A stretch of DNA of 35,155 nucleotides from a virus (IMGVR_UViG_3300016484_000074:1-35155); one strand, 5' to 3'; numbered from the stretch's first letter, positions 9,489 through 19,560 are shown. Numbers and translations are program-made. The notes: generated from the sequence alone by a model not told the origin.

Positions 9489-10391
9489 ATGTCAGCCACC
9501 ATGCTCCAATTAGTCCAGCAAGTAGCCGCTGAACTAAACCTTGCAGTTCCAAGCTATGTTGTAGGTAATACAAGTCAGGACGTTCAACAAATCCTCGCCT
9601 TGATGAACCGTGCTGGATATGACTTGGTAAAAGAGCATGACTGGCAGGCTTTAGAGCTTGAGTACCGTTTTTACACCACAGCCATTACAACTACCTGCGA
9701 TACCATTAATGGGTCTTTTGACCTTTTAAACGTAGGTAACGTGACTGGCTTGGACAGCAATTATTCAGTAGTAGGCACAAACGTCCCACAGGATACTTAT
9801 GTTTCAAGCGTTACAGGATCAACAGTAACCGTTACGCAGATGGCATCAGCCTCAAGTATTGGCGGCACTGTAACCTTTAGTAAGACCAAATACGCACTAC
9901 CGCCTGATTTTGAAACAATTACGGATAATACCCACTGGGACAAAACGAAACATTGGCAAATGTTGGGGCCAGAGGACGCCCAGCAATGGCAATGGCTTAA
10001 ATCAGGATATATCTCAACTGGCCCACGTATTCGCTGGCGTATTCTTGGAAATAAGTTCCAAATATGGCCTCCCTACAATACCCAAGAATATTTAGGCTTT
10101 GAATATCGCTCAAAAGGCTGGGCTAGAAGTGCCACAGGAGAGGTTAAAAACAGCTTCACGGCTGACAGCGACACCACCGTTCTTGATGACGCTGTGATCG
10201 CATTATTAACTAAGCTCAAATACTTCCAAATCAAGTCTTTTGACACTACATCCTTACAGCAGGATTACACACGCTATTTAAACGTGGCAAAAGCGAACGA
10301 CAAAGGCTCTGCAACCCTGTCATTTGCCCCATACCCAAGCAAAGTGCTTATTGGCTACGCTAATATTCCAGACACTGGCTATGGTAGCTAA
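9489..10391 (+). CDS. Head-tail adaptor / tail tubular protein A-like
   Basis: Helical N-terminus TMLQLVQQVAAEL, RWRILGNKFQIWP, and a position just before the nozzle gene. Confidence 0.65.
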   Translation: MSATMLQLVQQVAAELNLAVPSYVVGNTSQDVQQILALMNRAGYDLVKEHDWQALELEYRFYTTAITTTCDTINGSFDLLNVGNVTGLDSNYSVVGTNVPQDTYVSSVTGSTVTVTQMASASSIGGTVTFSKTKYALPPDFETITDNTHWDKTKHWQMLGPEDAQQWQWLKSGYISTGPRIRWRILGNKFQIWPPYNTQEYLGFEYRSKGWARSATGEVKNSFTADSDTTVLDDAVIALLTKLKYFQIKSFDTTSLQQDYTRYLNVAKANDKGSATLSFAPYPSKVLIGYANIPDTGYGS

Positions 10392-10393
10392 TC

Positions 10394-12394
10394 ATGCCAG
10401 TAGCTAAACGGTTCTCGGCAACAACAACGTCCGTTCCAGCCCCTATTGGCGGTTGGAATGCCCGTGATTCGCAAGCGGCAATGAATCCGCTAGATGCGGT
10501 TCAGCTTGTTAACTGGTTTCCAACGCCAACAGATGTGACTATGCGTAAAGGTTGGACTCAGGTTAGCTTGCTGACAAGTCCTGATGCCGCCGTAGCGATC
10601 AGCACAATCACCCACAATGGCGCAACCGCAACATTGACCACATCGTCCGCTCATGGATTGGCAACAGACGATCAGGTTGCTATTTCAGGTTGCACACCTA
10701 GTGATTACAACGGCGTTTATACGATTACCGTTGTAAATAGCACAACTTTTACATATTTGATGTCAACTGCGCCAGCAAGTGACGCAACTGTTATTGGAAG
10801 TTATGAAGTAGGAATAACAACGCCAGTTAACACGTTAATGAATTACACTGAAATCGGCACTTATAAGCTATTTGCCGCCGCTGGTGACACTATTTACGAA
10901 TCTAAAGCTAACCCAGCCGTACCTGTATTTACTGGCATTCAAAGCGATAAGCTTCAGCACGTCAATATGACAAACACAGCAAATCATTATTTGATTGCTT
11001 GCAATGGTGTTGACCCAGTAATGATTTATGACGGCACACAATGGTTTTACGTGGCAACAACAACAACTGCTCAAACAATCAGCACAATTACGCACGTCGG
11101 GGCTGTTGCAACGCTTACAACGGCTTCAGCCCATGGTCTTGTTGATGGCAACCGAGTAACGATTACTGGCGCAAGTCCTGCTGAATACAACGGCACTTAT
11201 GTTATTGACGTCACAGGCTCCAATACTTTTAAATACACAATGGCTGCAACGCCTGCCACTGATGCAACAACCGTGGGCGCATATACAACCATTGGTATTA
11301 CAGGCATTAACAGCAACAAATTTATTAATGTAAACCTGTTTAAAAACCGTTTGTATTTCACCGAAAAAGATAGCCTAAACGCTTGGTATTTGCCAATTGA
11401 CGCCATTGGTGGTGCGGCATCACCTTTGTATTTTGGGGGAATTGCCCGTAATGCTGGATATTTGCAAGCAATGGGCACTTGGACGCTAGATGCTGGTCAA
11501 GGTGCAGACGATTACGCTGTATTTGTGACCAGTATGGGCGAGGTTTTGGTCTATAACGGCACAGACCCCGATCAGACAGATATGTGGGCACTTAAAGGCG
11601 TATGGCAATTAGGTCAAACATTTAGTCGCAGATGCTTTTTTAAGTGGTCAGGCGATCTTTTGCTTTTAACGCAAGATGGTCTTGTGCCTTTGACTTCTGC
11701 GTTGCAGTCTAGCCGTTTAGACCCACGGGTAAACCTGACAGACAAGATTTATTACGCTGTTTCTCAAGCGGCAACGTTGTATTACGCCAATTTTGGCTGG
11801 CAAATTAACTACTTTGCCTCTGAAAATATGCTAATTTTATCCATTCCGACAAGCGTTGGCATGGAGCAGTTTGTTATGCATACCATTACAAAGTCTTGGG
11901 CACGTTTTACTGGCATTGAAGCCCATTGCTGGGAAGTGTCAGGCGATAACGATATGCACTTTGGTGGCGATGGCGTAGTAGGCACTTTCTACACTAGCCT
12001 TTCTGATAATGGCAAAAACATCGCCGCAACAGCACAACAGGCTTATTCATACTTTGACAGCGCAGGCCAGCTTAAGCGTTTTATGATGGTTCGCCCAATC
12101 TTGCAATCAACAGGCGGTGTTCCCAGCGTTCTTTGCGGTTTGTCTGTTGACTTTGACACTCAAAGCCAGCTTGGACAAGTTTCATTTAACCCAAGCACCC
12201 TTACCGATGGCGTTTGGGATGCTTCAAGATGGGATAACGCAAACTGGTCAGGCGGTTTGATTACAACAAAGGTTTGGCAGGGCGTGACAGGACTTGGTTT
12301 TGCTGGTTCAATTAACTTAAACGTAGCAAGCCGTAATATAGAATTGCACTGGGCATCAACGGATTATGTAATGGAGAAAGGCGGAGTTCTGTAA
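10394..12394 (+). CDS. Tail nozzle / packaged-DNA stabilisation protein (P22 gp10 / tubular B-like) with two inserted repeat domains
   Basis: PAPIGGWNARD N-terminus, propeller-like beta segments, WDASRWD near the C-terminus, and synteny. Confidence 0.7.
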   Translation: MPVAKRFSATTTSVPAPIGGWNARDSQAAMNPLDAVQLVNWFPTPTDVTMRKGWTQVSLLTSPDAAVAISTITHNGATATLTTSSAHGLATDDQVAISGCTPSDYNGVYTITVVNSTTFTYLMSTAPASDATVIGSYEVGITTPVNTLMNYTEIGTYKLFAAAGDTIYESKANPAVPVFTGIQSDKLQHVNMTNTANHYLIACNGVDPVMIYDGTQWFYVATTTTAQTISTITHVGAVATLTTASAHGLVDGNRVTITGASPAEYNGTYVIDVTGSNTFKYTMAATPATDATTVGAYTTIGITGINSNKFINVNLFKNRLYFTEKDSLNAWYLPIDAIGGAASPLYFGGIARNAGYLQAMGTWTLDAGQGADDYAVFVTSMGEVLVYNGTDPDQTDMWALKGVWQLGQTFSRRCFFKWSGDLLLLTQDGLVPLTSALQSSRLDPRVNLTDKIYYAVSQAATLYYANFGWQINYFASENMLILSIPTSVGMEQFVMHTITKSWARFTGIEAHCWEVSGDNDMHFGGDGVVGTFYTSLSDNGKNIAATAQQAYSYFDSAGQLKRFMMVRPILQSTGGVPSVLCGLSVDFDTQSQLGQVSFNPSTLTDGVWDASRWDNANWSGGLITTKVWQGVTGLGFAGSINLNVASRNIELHWASTDYVMEKGGVL

Positions 12395-12826
12395 GTGCGA
12401 AAAGTTACAACTGAAAATCAACCGCATTTACGGGCTTGGCTTGGCAACATTTTAGGCGTTAAGTTTGATGACAATACGATGTGTATTGGGCAGGAAATAG
12501 ACGGGGAACTTGCAGCAGTTGTGGCTTATACAAATTTTCAGGATAAGTCCTGTTGTATGCATACTGCCGCTTTAGTTCCTAATTGGATTAGCAAGGATTT
12601 ATTGTGGGCGTGTTTCGATTACCCCTTTAATAAACTGGGTGTTAAGGTTATACTAGCGACAGTAGCTTCAACTAACGAAGAAGCTTTGAAGTTAGACCGA
12701 CACCTTGGTTTTATTGATAAGGCTTATATTGAAGATGCCCATGTAGATGGGGATTTAGTGATATTAGCAATGAGGCGTGAAAACTGTCGATGGCTCGACA
12801 TAAACGCCCCAATAAAAGGAGCATGA
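12395..12826 (+). CDS. GNAT-family acetyltransferase-like protein
   Basis: FDYPFNKLGV...N..ALKLDRHLGF..., located between the nozzle and ejection genes as in many podoviruses. Confidence 0.75.
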   Translation: MRKVTTENQPHLRAWLGNILGVKFDDNTMCIGQEIDGELAAVVAYTNFQDKSCCMHTAALVPNWISKDLLWACFDYPFNKLGVKVILATVASTNEEALKLDRHLGFIDKAYIEDAHVDGDLVILAMRRENCRWLDINAPIKGA

Positions 12827-12827
12827 T

Positions 12828-14396
12828 ATGGGTGGCGGTGGCGGTTTATTAAGTCCAGTAACAAATTTGCTATTTGGTTCGCCTCCAAGCGCACCTCCTG
12901 CGCCAAACTATACTGCGGCGGCACAAGCTACGGCTTCAGGCAACCTTGATGCGGCACGTCAAGCAACTGCGGCAAATCGTGTAAATCAGGTAACTCCTTA
13001 CGGCAACCTTACCTACGCAATCACTGGCTCTGATCCATACGGCAATCCTACTTGGACGGCAACTCAATCATTAAGCCCTGATCAGCAAGCTTTATACAAC
13101 ATGGACATTGCTACAAGCAAAGGCTTGGGCAATTTGCAACAAACTGGCTTGAATTATGTACAAAACATGATGGCTAACCCGTTTAGTACGGCTAGTTTGC
13201 CTGCTTTGCAAAGTTCTGCTGGAATGCCACAAATGCAACAATTGACTGGTCAAGCTAATTTGCAAACTGTAGGTCAAGGCCCTAAAATGTTTGGTGTAAA
13301 TCAAGCGGCACAAGCACAAGGCATAGGAAGCGCACCACAGCTACAAACTGGTTTACAAGACCAAGGCATGGCAGGCTGGGACAGAGCAAGCAATTTGTTG
13401 ATGCAACGTCTACAGCCGCAAATGGATATTCAGCAACGCAACTTGGATGCTAAATTAGCTAATCAAGGTATTGCCGCTGGAACTGAGGCTTACAACCGTG
13501 CCAAGGCTTCTCTTGGTATGCAACAAAACGATCTGCTTACACAAGCCCAGCTACAAGCACAAGGAATTGGTCAAAACTTGTTTAATCAAGCGTTGCAAGG
13601 CGGTCAGTTTACTAATGCTGCTCTTACACAAGGCAATCAAAATCAACTTGCTAATATGCAATTAGCTAACCAAGCGGCGCAACAAAATTACAGCAATTTG
13701 TTGGCTGGACAAGGATTTAACAACCAAGCTGCACAACAGCAATATGCTAACCAATTGGCAGCGCAAGCGGCTAATAACCCAGCATTGCAGCAAATGTACA
13801 CAAACCAGCAGGCGCAACAGCAAGCTAACAACGCTATTGCCCAGCAACAGTGGGCTAACCAGTTAGCAAACGCTAACTTAGCTAACCAAGCCCGTCAACA
13901 AGGCTTTGGTGAACTGTCTTATATGCGTAATGAACCGCTTAATACCCTTAATGCGGTGCGTTCAGGCTCACAAGTTCAAGGCGCACAGTTTGTTAACCCT
14001 GCAATGCAGGCAACAACCACTGGCCCTGATTACTTAAGTGCCGCTCAAGCAACAGGTCAATATAACCTTGGCTCATACAACGCACAACAGGCGGCACAGG
14101 CAAGCGCAAATCAAGGTTTATTGGGATTGGGCGGAACATTAGGTGCGGCGGCTATGTTGGCTCCTGTTGGCACATTCTCTGATATTCGTGCCAAGGAAAA
14201 CATTGTCAAAGTTGGAATCCTTGAGAATGGCTTGCCAGTCTACGTTTACAACTATAAACCTGAATTTAGGGACGATCCTCATGCTGGTCATGGCACATTT
14301 ATGGGTGTTATGGCGCATGAAGTCGAAGCTGTTAAACCTGAAGCCGTTATTACACGTCCTGATGGCTACAAAATGGTGGATTACGCACAGCTATGA
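12828..14396 (+). CDS. Internal virion / DNA ejection (pilot) protein with a C-terminal S74-like domain
   Basis: PPAPNY...NRVNQVTPYG N-terminus, Q/A/N-rich repeats, and SDIRAKENI...GVMAHEV...DGYKMVDY. Confidence 0.7.
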   Translation: MGGGGGLLSPVTNLLFGSPPSAPPAPNYTAAAQATASGNLDAARQATAANRVNQVTPYGNLTYAITGSDPYGNPTWTATQSLSPDQQALYNMDIATSKGLGNLQQTGLNYVQNMMANPFSTASLPALQSSAGMPQMQQLTGQANLQTVGQGPKMFGVNQAAQAQGIGSAPQLQTGLQDQGMAGWDRASNLLMQRLQPQMDIQQRNLDAKLANQGIAAGTEAYNRAKASLGMQQNDLLTQAQLQAQGIGQNLFNQALQGGQFTNAALTQGNQNQLANMQLANQAAQQNYSNLLAGQGFNNQAAQQQYANQLAAQAANNPALQQMYTNQQAQQQANNAIAQQQWANQLANANLANQARQQGFGELSYMRNEPLNTLNAVRSGSQVQGAQFVNPAMQATTTGPDYLSAAQATGQYNLGSYNAQQAAQASANQGLLGLGGTLGAAAMLAPVGTFSDIRAKENIVKVGILENGLPVYVYNYKPEFRDDPHAGHGTFMGVMAHEVEAVKPEAVITRPDGYKMVDYAQL

Positions 14397-14824
14397 GTAT
14401 CAAAGACGATTTAATCAAATACTTCAGCCAGTTCACCGATTCTTCAGGTGGCTATGGAATCAACCCACAGCAAACTGTTGCTAAATTTGGGGAACTAAAC
14501 CCAGTTATGCCGCCACAAGGCACGGCTGGATTTAATCAGTTAAATACCATGCAAAACGCTATGTCTAATCCTATTGACGCTCAAAAAGCGTTAGATATGG
14601 TTAAGCAAAATGCTGGTGCTTCAGATATGGCTAAACAGCTTGTATCTAAAGCTATGGGTTCTTTAGGCGGTGGTGGCAGACAAATGGCACAACCAGAGCT
14701 AAAAATGATTAATGCTCAACAGGCTTTTGCACAACTGCCTGATGCAACACAACCTCAACAAATTCAAGAATTTAAGCCTGAGCAAATGGCTATGATGTTA
14801 AGGAGAAGACATGGCGGCTATTGA
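14393..14824 (+). CDS. Putative internal virion protein
   Basis: ATGA overlap, M/Q-rich, within the ejection cluster. Confidence 0.55.
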   Translation: MSIKDDLIKYFSQFTDSSGGYGINPQQTVAKFGELNPVMPPQGTAGFNQLNTMQNAMSNPIDAQKALDMVKQNAGASDMAKQLVSKAMGSLGGGGRQMAQPELKMINAQQAFAQLPDATQPQQIQEFKPEQMAMMLRRRHGGY

Positions 14825-16175
14825 TTACGGTAGTTATCTGCCACCCGAACTGGAACTGCAAAAACAGCAGTTAAATCGTCAGCAAGAGATGGCGAAAGCT
14901 TTGCTTGCTCAAGGTCAGCAAATGAACATGGGGCCAGCAGGTCAAATGGTCAGCGGTCAGTATGTTGCAAACAGCCCTTGGCAAATGCTTCAAGGCCCAG
15001 TTAATCAATTGGTTGGCGCATGGCTTGGATCAAAAGGCGATGAAGCCGCCACAAAGCTTGCCACTGCTTTGCGTGAGCGTGAAATGGCTGACATTCAAAA
15101 ATACACTGATATGTATAGAGGCACAGAAGCCATTCCTGAAGTTCGCACTGAACTTGCTGGGCCATATACAGCTGAATTTGCAAAACCTGAAGCTGTCGTT
15201 CCTGCAAAAGCGGCTGTTGCGGCAAATCCTGAAGCGGCTAATATTTTTGCGGCAAGCTCTTATTCTCCAATATTGCGTCAAATGGGTCTTAAAAAGCTTA
15301 CTGAAGGCCCTAAATGGGAAAAAGCAGAGATGCCATTGCCTGATGGAAGCATCAGAACTGGTTGGGTCAATTACAACTCGCCTGATCCTAAAGCGACCTT
15401 TGTTGAAGGTGGCACAAAGCCTGCATACAACGCTTTGGAAGCGGCTAAATTTACATACGAAACTGGTATGGCTCCTCCAAGTGGCGCACCACGCTCTTAT
15501 GTGCAAAACCCACCGATTGTTGGTGGCACAGCTTCCGTAGGTGGCGCACCTTATGTTGGCGGTGTTGCCCCTACTGGTGGCGCACCAGCTATGCCATCCG
15601 TTGGCGGTATGCGTCCTACTGGAATGTCTCCTGCCGCCGCTAATGCTGCAAGTAAAGAGATCTATGTAGATAAAGCCAAGCGTCTAGCTGAATATGCAGA
15701 GCAAGCTCCTGCCGCTATTGAAGCTATGAACCAAACTATTCAAAACATTAACGGTTTGATTGGTGACGCACAAGTTGTTAAAAATCCTAAAACTGGCAAA
15801 GAAGAGATCAAATACGGTCAAATTGAACCACACGCTGGATTTAAGAGTGCTGTTGGCGCACCTACGTTATCCAGTGGTTTTGGTATTGCTGGTTACCTGC
15901 CTGCAACAGATACGACAAACTTTAAAGAGCGTCTTGAGCAGATTAAAGGTCAAACATTCTTGCAAGCTTTTAACACTCTTAAAGGTGCTGGTCAAATTAC
16001 TGAGCAAGAAGGCACAAAAGCTACAGCGGCTCTTAACCGTATGAGCAAATCTCAATCTGAGGTTGAATTTGTCAAAGCGGCTCGTGAGTTTGAAGAGAAT
16101 ATTCAAAAAGGCATGGAAATGGCTCGTAAACGGGCTGGTATGCCTGCTGGAAATACAGGCTGGAGACTTAAATAA
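14811..16175 (+). CDS. Putative DNA ejection protein
   Basis: A/Q/G-rich with LKGAGQITEQEG, plus synteny. Confidence 0.65.
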   Translation: MAAIDYGSYLPPELELQKQQLNRQQEMAKALLAQGQQMNMGPAGQMVSGQYVANSPWQMLQGPVNQLVGAWLGSKGDEAATKLATALREREMADIQKYTDMYRGTEAIPEVRTELAGPYTAEFAKPEAVVPAKAAVAANPEAANIFAASSYSPILRQMGLKKLTEGPKWEKAEMPLPDGSIRTGWVNYNSPDPKATFVEGGTKPAYNALEAAKFTYETGMAPPSGAPRSYVQNPPIVGGTASVGGAPYVGGVAPTGGAPAMPSVGGMRPTGMSPAAANAASKEIYVDKAKRLAEYAEQAPAAIEAMNQTIQNINGLIGDAQVVKNPKTGKEEIKYGQIEPHAGFKSAVGAPTLSSGFGIAGYLPATDTTNFKERLEQIKGQTFLQAFNTLKGAGQITEQEGTKATAALNRMSKSQSEVEFVKAAREFEENIQKGMEMARKRAGMPAGNTGWRLK

Positions 16176-17944
16176 TGGCTGAAAAAGAATATACAGTTGT
16201 TGCCCCCGATGGCAAAGAGATCACTTTAATTGGCCCTGTTGGGGCAAGCCAAGATGAGATCATTGCACAAGCACAGCGATTGTATAAAGAGCCAAAATCA
16301 ACACCAGCGGTTGCACCTGTCGAGCAAACTTATGCTCCTAAACCCGTAGAAAACCCAGTATGGGAGTCTACAGGCGGTGGTGCGGCTATGGGTCGCCCAA
16401 GACAAGTCGATAGAACCAACGTATTGCCCGAACCACGCCCTTTAGAGTCAGCTTTGGCTGGAGTTACCAAAGGTGCGGTAATAAACCCCGTGTTGGGCGT
16501 CACACAGCTTGCCACAGGCGGTCGTGTTGGCGGTGAAGCGGCACAAAGATACGCACAAGAGGCTGAACCTTACAAAAAGGTAGCTCCTGAGGCATTTATG
16601 GTTGGGGAGATCGCTGGATCAGTATTGCCTGCCAGCCGCATAGGAGGGGCTATAGGGCAGATTCCATCGTTTGCCCGAATGATGCCCCAAGCGACCCAAG
16701 TTGTGGGCAACGTAGCCCCAAAATTGGCTCCTTTAGCGGCTCCTGTGGTGCAATCTGCTGGTTATGGGGCTGTTTCTAGCGTATTAACCCCTGAAGAATC
16801 GGGCGTAACTGGCAATGAATTGCTTGCAAATCGCCTGCGTAATATGGGGACAGATACCGCTATTTCTGCCGCAATCCCGTTTGTAGCCCCTGCTGTTAAA
16901 GAAACCAGCAAATTAGGTGGCAAATTATTGGCAGAATTGCTTGGTCAAACCACTGGAACAGGCGGTCAATCTGTTGGTCAAGCCGCCCGTGCAGGTGTTG
17001 AGCGTAATCCACAATTTATTGAAAATCTGCGTGGCGATGTATCAGCTAAAGACGTTCTTGAAGCCGCACAAGGTGGAATGCAAAGCTTGGCTCAAAAACG
17101 CAATGAAGCTTATCAAAAAGGCTTTGCCACAACCAAGGCAAATCAGGTCTTTTTGGATTTTGCGCCGATCGAGGATAAATTTAAGACCGTTGTTGATAAC
17201 TTAAATGTTAAAGGCGTGGGTGGTGTTCAGGCGTCTAAAGTTGGCCCTGAAACCATGAAAGACGTAAATCAGATTCAGACTATTTTAAGCGAATGGAAGT
17301 CTAAGCCTGAATTGCACACAGCAGAAGGCTTGGATGCGTTAAAGCGTAGAGTTGACGACTTATATCGCAACGATATGACAAACGAAGCAAAAAGCGTTCT
17401 TACACAAACTCGTGGCGCAATCAAAAACACCATTGTTGCACAAGACAAAAATTATGCAAAAACGATGCGTGATTATGAAAAAGCACGTGAAGTTGAAAAA
17501 GAGATCGAAGATGCACTTGGCACTGGCAGACGTAAATCAACTGATGCTGCTATCCGCAAACTTCAGTCTTTGACACGCAATAACGCAAACACAAGCTATG
17601 GCTATCGTCAGGAATTGGCTGATCTTTTACGTCAAGAGACTGGCGTTGATCTGATGCCTGCATTGGCTGGTCAATCAATGAGCGCAGTATTCCCACGTGG
17701 CATTCAGAAGTTTGTGCCAACACTAACAGCAGGCGCAGGAGCGGCAAACCCAGCTTTATGGGCAACTTTGCCTTTGCAAAGCCCTCGCTTGGTTGGTGAA
17801 GCGGCTTATGGTGCTGGACGTGCTGTTGCGCCTTTTGTTGATCTTGCAAACTCAGTAAAATTGACTGATGAGCAACGCAAACTAGCACGATTGTTAGAAA
17901 TTCAAGCGGCACAACAAGCCACAAGAGGAGCTTCAAATGAGTAG
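16175..17944 (+). CDS. Putative large DNA ejection / internal virion protein
   Basis: 589 aa, A/G-rich and helical, with SPRLVGEAAY near the C-terminus, plus synteny. Confidence 0.65.
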   Translation: MAEKEYTVVAPDGKEITLIGPVGASQDEIIAQAQRLYKEPKSTPAVAPVEQTYAPKPVENPVWESTGGGAAMGRPRQVDRTNVLPEPRPLESALAGVTKGAVINPVLGVTQLATGGRVGGEAAQRYAQEAEPYKKVAPEAFMVGEIAGSVLPASRIGGAIGQIPSFARMMPQATQVVGNVAPKLAPLAAPVVQSAGYGAVSSVLTPEESGVTGNELLANRLRNMGTDTAISAAIPFVAPAVKETSKLGGKLLAELLGQTTGTGGQSVGQAARAGVERNPQFIENLRGDVSAKDVLEAAQGGMQSLAQKRNEAYQKGFATTKANQVFLDFAPIEDKFKTVVDNLNVKGVGGVQASKVGPETMKDVNQIQTILSEWKSKPELHTAEGLDALKRRVDDLYRNDMTNEAKSVLTQTRGAIKNTIVAQDKNYAKTMRDYEKAREVEKEIEDALGTGRRKSTDAAIRKLQSLTRNNANTSYGYRQELADLLRQETGVDLMPALAGQSMSAVFPRGIQKFVPTLTAGAGAANPALWATLPLQSPRLVGEAAYGAGRAVAPFVDLANSVKLTDEQRKLARLLEIQAAQQATRGASNE

Positions 17945-18215
17945 AAATGGATCGGGTACTTATAATCTGCCTGCTGGCAATCCAGTAGTCACAGGCACTT
18001 CGATTACCTCAAGCTGGGCTAATACCACCCTTTCAGACATTGCTTCAGCTTTGACTGGTTCTATTGCCGCCGATGGTCAAACTCCAATGACTGGCAATTT
18101 AAACATGACCAACAACACCATCGAAAACGTTGCTGACGCCACAGCGATTGGTGATGCGGTTTCCCTTAACTTCTTGCAGACAGGCAGCTATATAGTTGAC
18201 TGCGGCACTTTCTAA
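17937..18215 (+). CDS. Short tail-fibre attachment (adaptor) protein
   Basis: MSRNGSGTYNLPAGNPVV...DGQTPMTGNL resembles a podovirus fibre N-terminal anchor, but the protein is only 92 aa and ends DCGTF. Confidence 0.65.
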   Translation: MSRNGSGTYNLPAGNPVVTGTSITSSWANTTLSDIASALTGSIAADGQTPMTGNLNMTNNTIENVADATAIGDAVSLNFLQTGSYIVDCGTF

Positions 18216-18225
18216 GGTGGAAGTT

Positions 18226-18459
18226 ATGGCGTTCGAGATTGACCCAGTCAAATACGGGGTTTTATGGCAAAAAGTCGAGGACTATGAGAAAAAGTTTGAC
18301 TCTATGGAAAAGAAGATAGATTCCATGGACGAGGACTTAAAGAAGCTGGTCACTATGGCTGAACGATCAAAAGGAAGCCTTTGGGCTTTGATGGGTGCGG
18401 CTGGTGTAATTGGCAGCATTATCAGCTTTTTAACAGACTTTATTTTTATCAAAAAATGA
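18226..18459 (+). CDS. Coiled-coil protein with a C-terminal TM helix (lysis module, XhlA/holin-like)
   Basis: ATG at 18226 after a TAAGGTGG RBS, with one C-terminal hydrophobic helix. Confidence 0.6.
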   Translation: MAFEIDPVKYGVLWQKVEDYEKKFDSMEKKIDSMDEDLKKLVTMAERSKGSLWALMGAAGVIGSIISFLTDFIFIKK

Positions 18460-18641
18460 AACGCATGATGAAATCGAGAACTATGTGGTTCTCGTTTTTA
18501 CTTGTAGTGTTTGGTGCGCTACTTGATAACTTTTCTCAGTTGCAATCGGTCATTGACCAAAAATATTATGGCGTTATTTTGGTTGTTATCGGTGTTATTG
18601 TGGCTATATTGCGTTTTATCACTTCTAATCCTATAAGATGA
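18456..18641 (+). CDS. Putative class II holin with two TM helices
   Basis: ATGA-coupled, MKRMMKSRTMWF, two hydrophobic segments, ending LRFITSNPIR. Confidence 0.65.
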   Translation: MKRMMKSRTMWFSFLLVVFGALLDNFSQLQSVIDQKYYGVILVVIGVIVAILRFITSNPIR

Positions 18642-19189
18642 TCTATTTAGTCTATCTCGTCCTCGTTCCAATCAGCCTGTTAATCACATTGGTTGCGGTT
18701 ATTTTTGCGCCAATCATGCCTGTTTTTAAGGTCATGAAAGAATGGTGGTGCGATAACCATAGCTTTCGAGCCATAGGCCCAGTGCTTCCAAGCTGGCTTA
18801 ATTGGTTCATGACACCTGACAATACTTTAGACGGTGATGCAACCTTTCAAAAGCTCAATGGCATCAGCTATTGGTCAAAAGTGAAGTGGCTTTGGCGTAA
18901 TCCTGCGTATAGCTTTGCATTACGATATTTACACAACCCTTACTACACAAAGGTTTGGGGCGACAAAACTATCAAGGACAACGACAATGCGAAAGAAGGC
19001 TGGTGTTTGGTTCACGCTAACGGACTTTTTCAGTTCCGTCTTGTCAAGCGCATATTTTCTACTAATCGCTGTGTGTACGTTAATTTTGGTTGGAATGTTA
19101 TTGGTCTTGTGGACGATAACGTTCCTGTTAAGCCTGATCCTTGGCAAGCTACGTTCGTATTTTCACCTCGTATAAGTGGGTTTAGATGA
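18638..19189 (+). CDS. Membrane-anchored hypothetical protein in the lysis module
   Basis: N-terminal TM helix and LPSWLNWFMTPDNTLDGD...WLWRNPAY. Confidence 0.7.
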   Translation: MIYLVYLVLVPISLLITLVAVIFAPIMPVFKVMKEWWCDNHSFRAIGPVLPSWLNWFMTPDNTLDGDATFQKLNGISYWSKVKWLWRNPAYSFALRYLHNPYYTKVWGDKTIKDNDNAKEGWCLVHANGLFQFRLVKRIFSTNRCVYVNFGWNVIGLVDDNVPVKPDPWQATFVFSPRISGFR

Positions 19190-19560
19190 ACATTTATGTT
19201 ATTTATGCTATCACCGCCGTTATTCTTTTTGGGACTGGTTTTATTGGTGGTTGCCAACATCAGCAGTCATCACAAGAAAAAGTGATTCGTGCAAAAGAAC
19301 ACCAATATCAAGCCGATGCAGACAAAATAAGGACAGAAAAAGATGCTCAAATTAAAGCTATTAACGATCAGCTTGTCGATGCTATTAGTCAGTTGCGTAA
19401 ACGCCCCAGTCGTTCCGAACAAGCCAGCAATGGACAAAGTTGCAACGGAGCCAGCCTTTATGCCGAGGATGCAGAATTTCTTATCAGGGAAGCTTCCCGA
19501 GCAGACCAAATAAGGGTCGCCTTGCAAGCCTGTTATCAACAATATGAGGCAATTAAATGA
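19186..19560 (+). CDS. Putative Rz-like spanin
   Basis: N-terminal TM helix, coiled coil, C-terminal ADQIRVALQACYQQY, adjacent to the endolysin. Confidence 0.65.
   Translation: MNIYVIYAITAVILFGTGFIGGCQHQQSSQEKVIRAKEHQYQADADKIRTEKDAQIKAINDQLVDAISQLRKRPSRSEQASNGQSCNGASLYAEDAEFLIREASRADQIRVALQACYQQYEAIK

Noticed and set aside
13560-13900. Q/A/N-rich quasi-repeats in the ejection protein as a DNA repeat element
   Set aside because: These are degenerate protein-level low-complexity repeats typical of such proteins.
14962-15540. Long alternative-frame and antisense ORFs (14962..15540 +, 15030..15506 -) and similar shadow ORFs elsewhere
   Set aside because: They lie wholly within well-supported genes and have no RBS or recognisable motifs.
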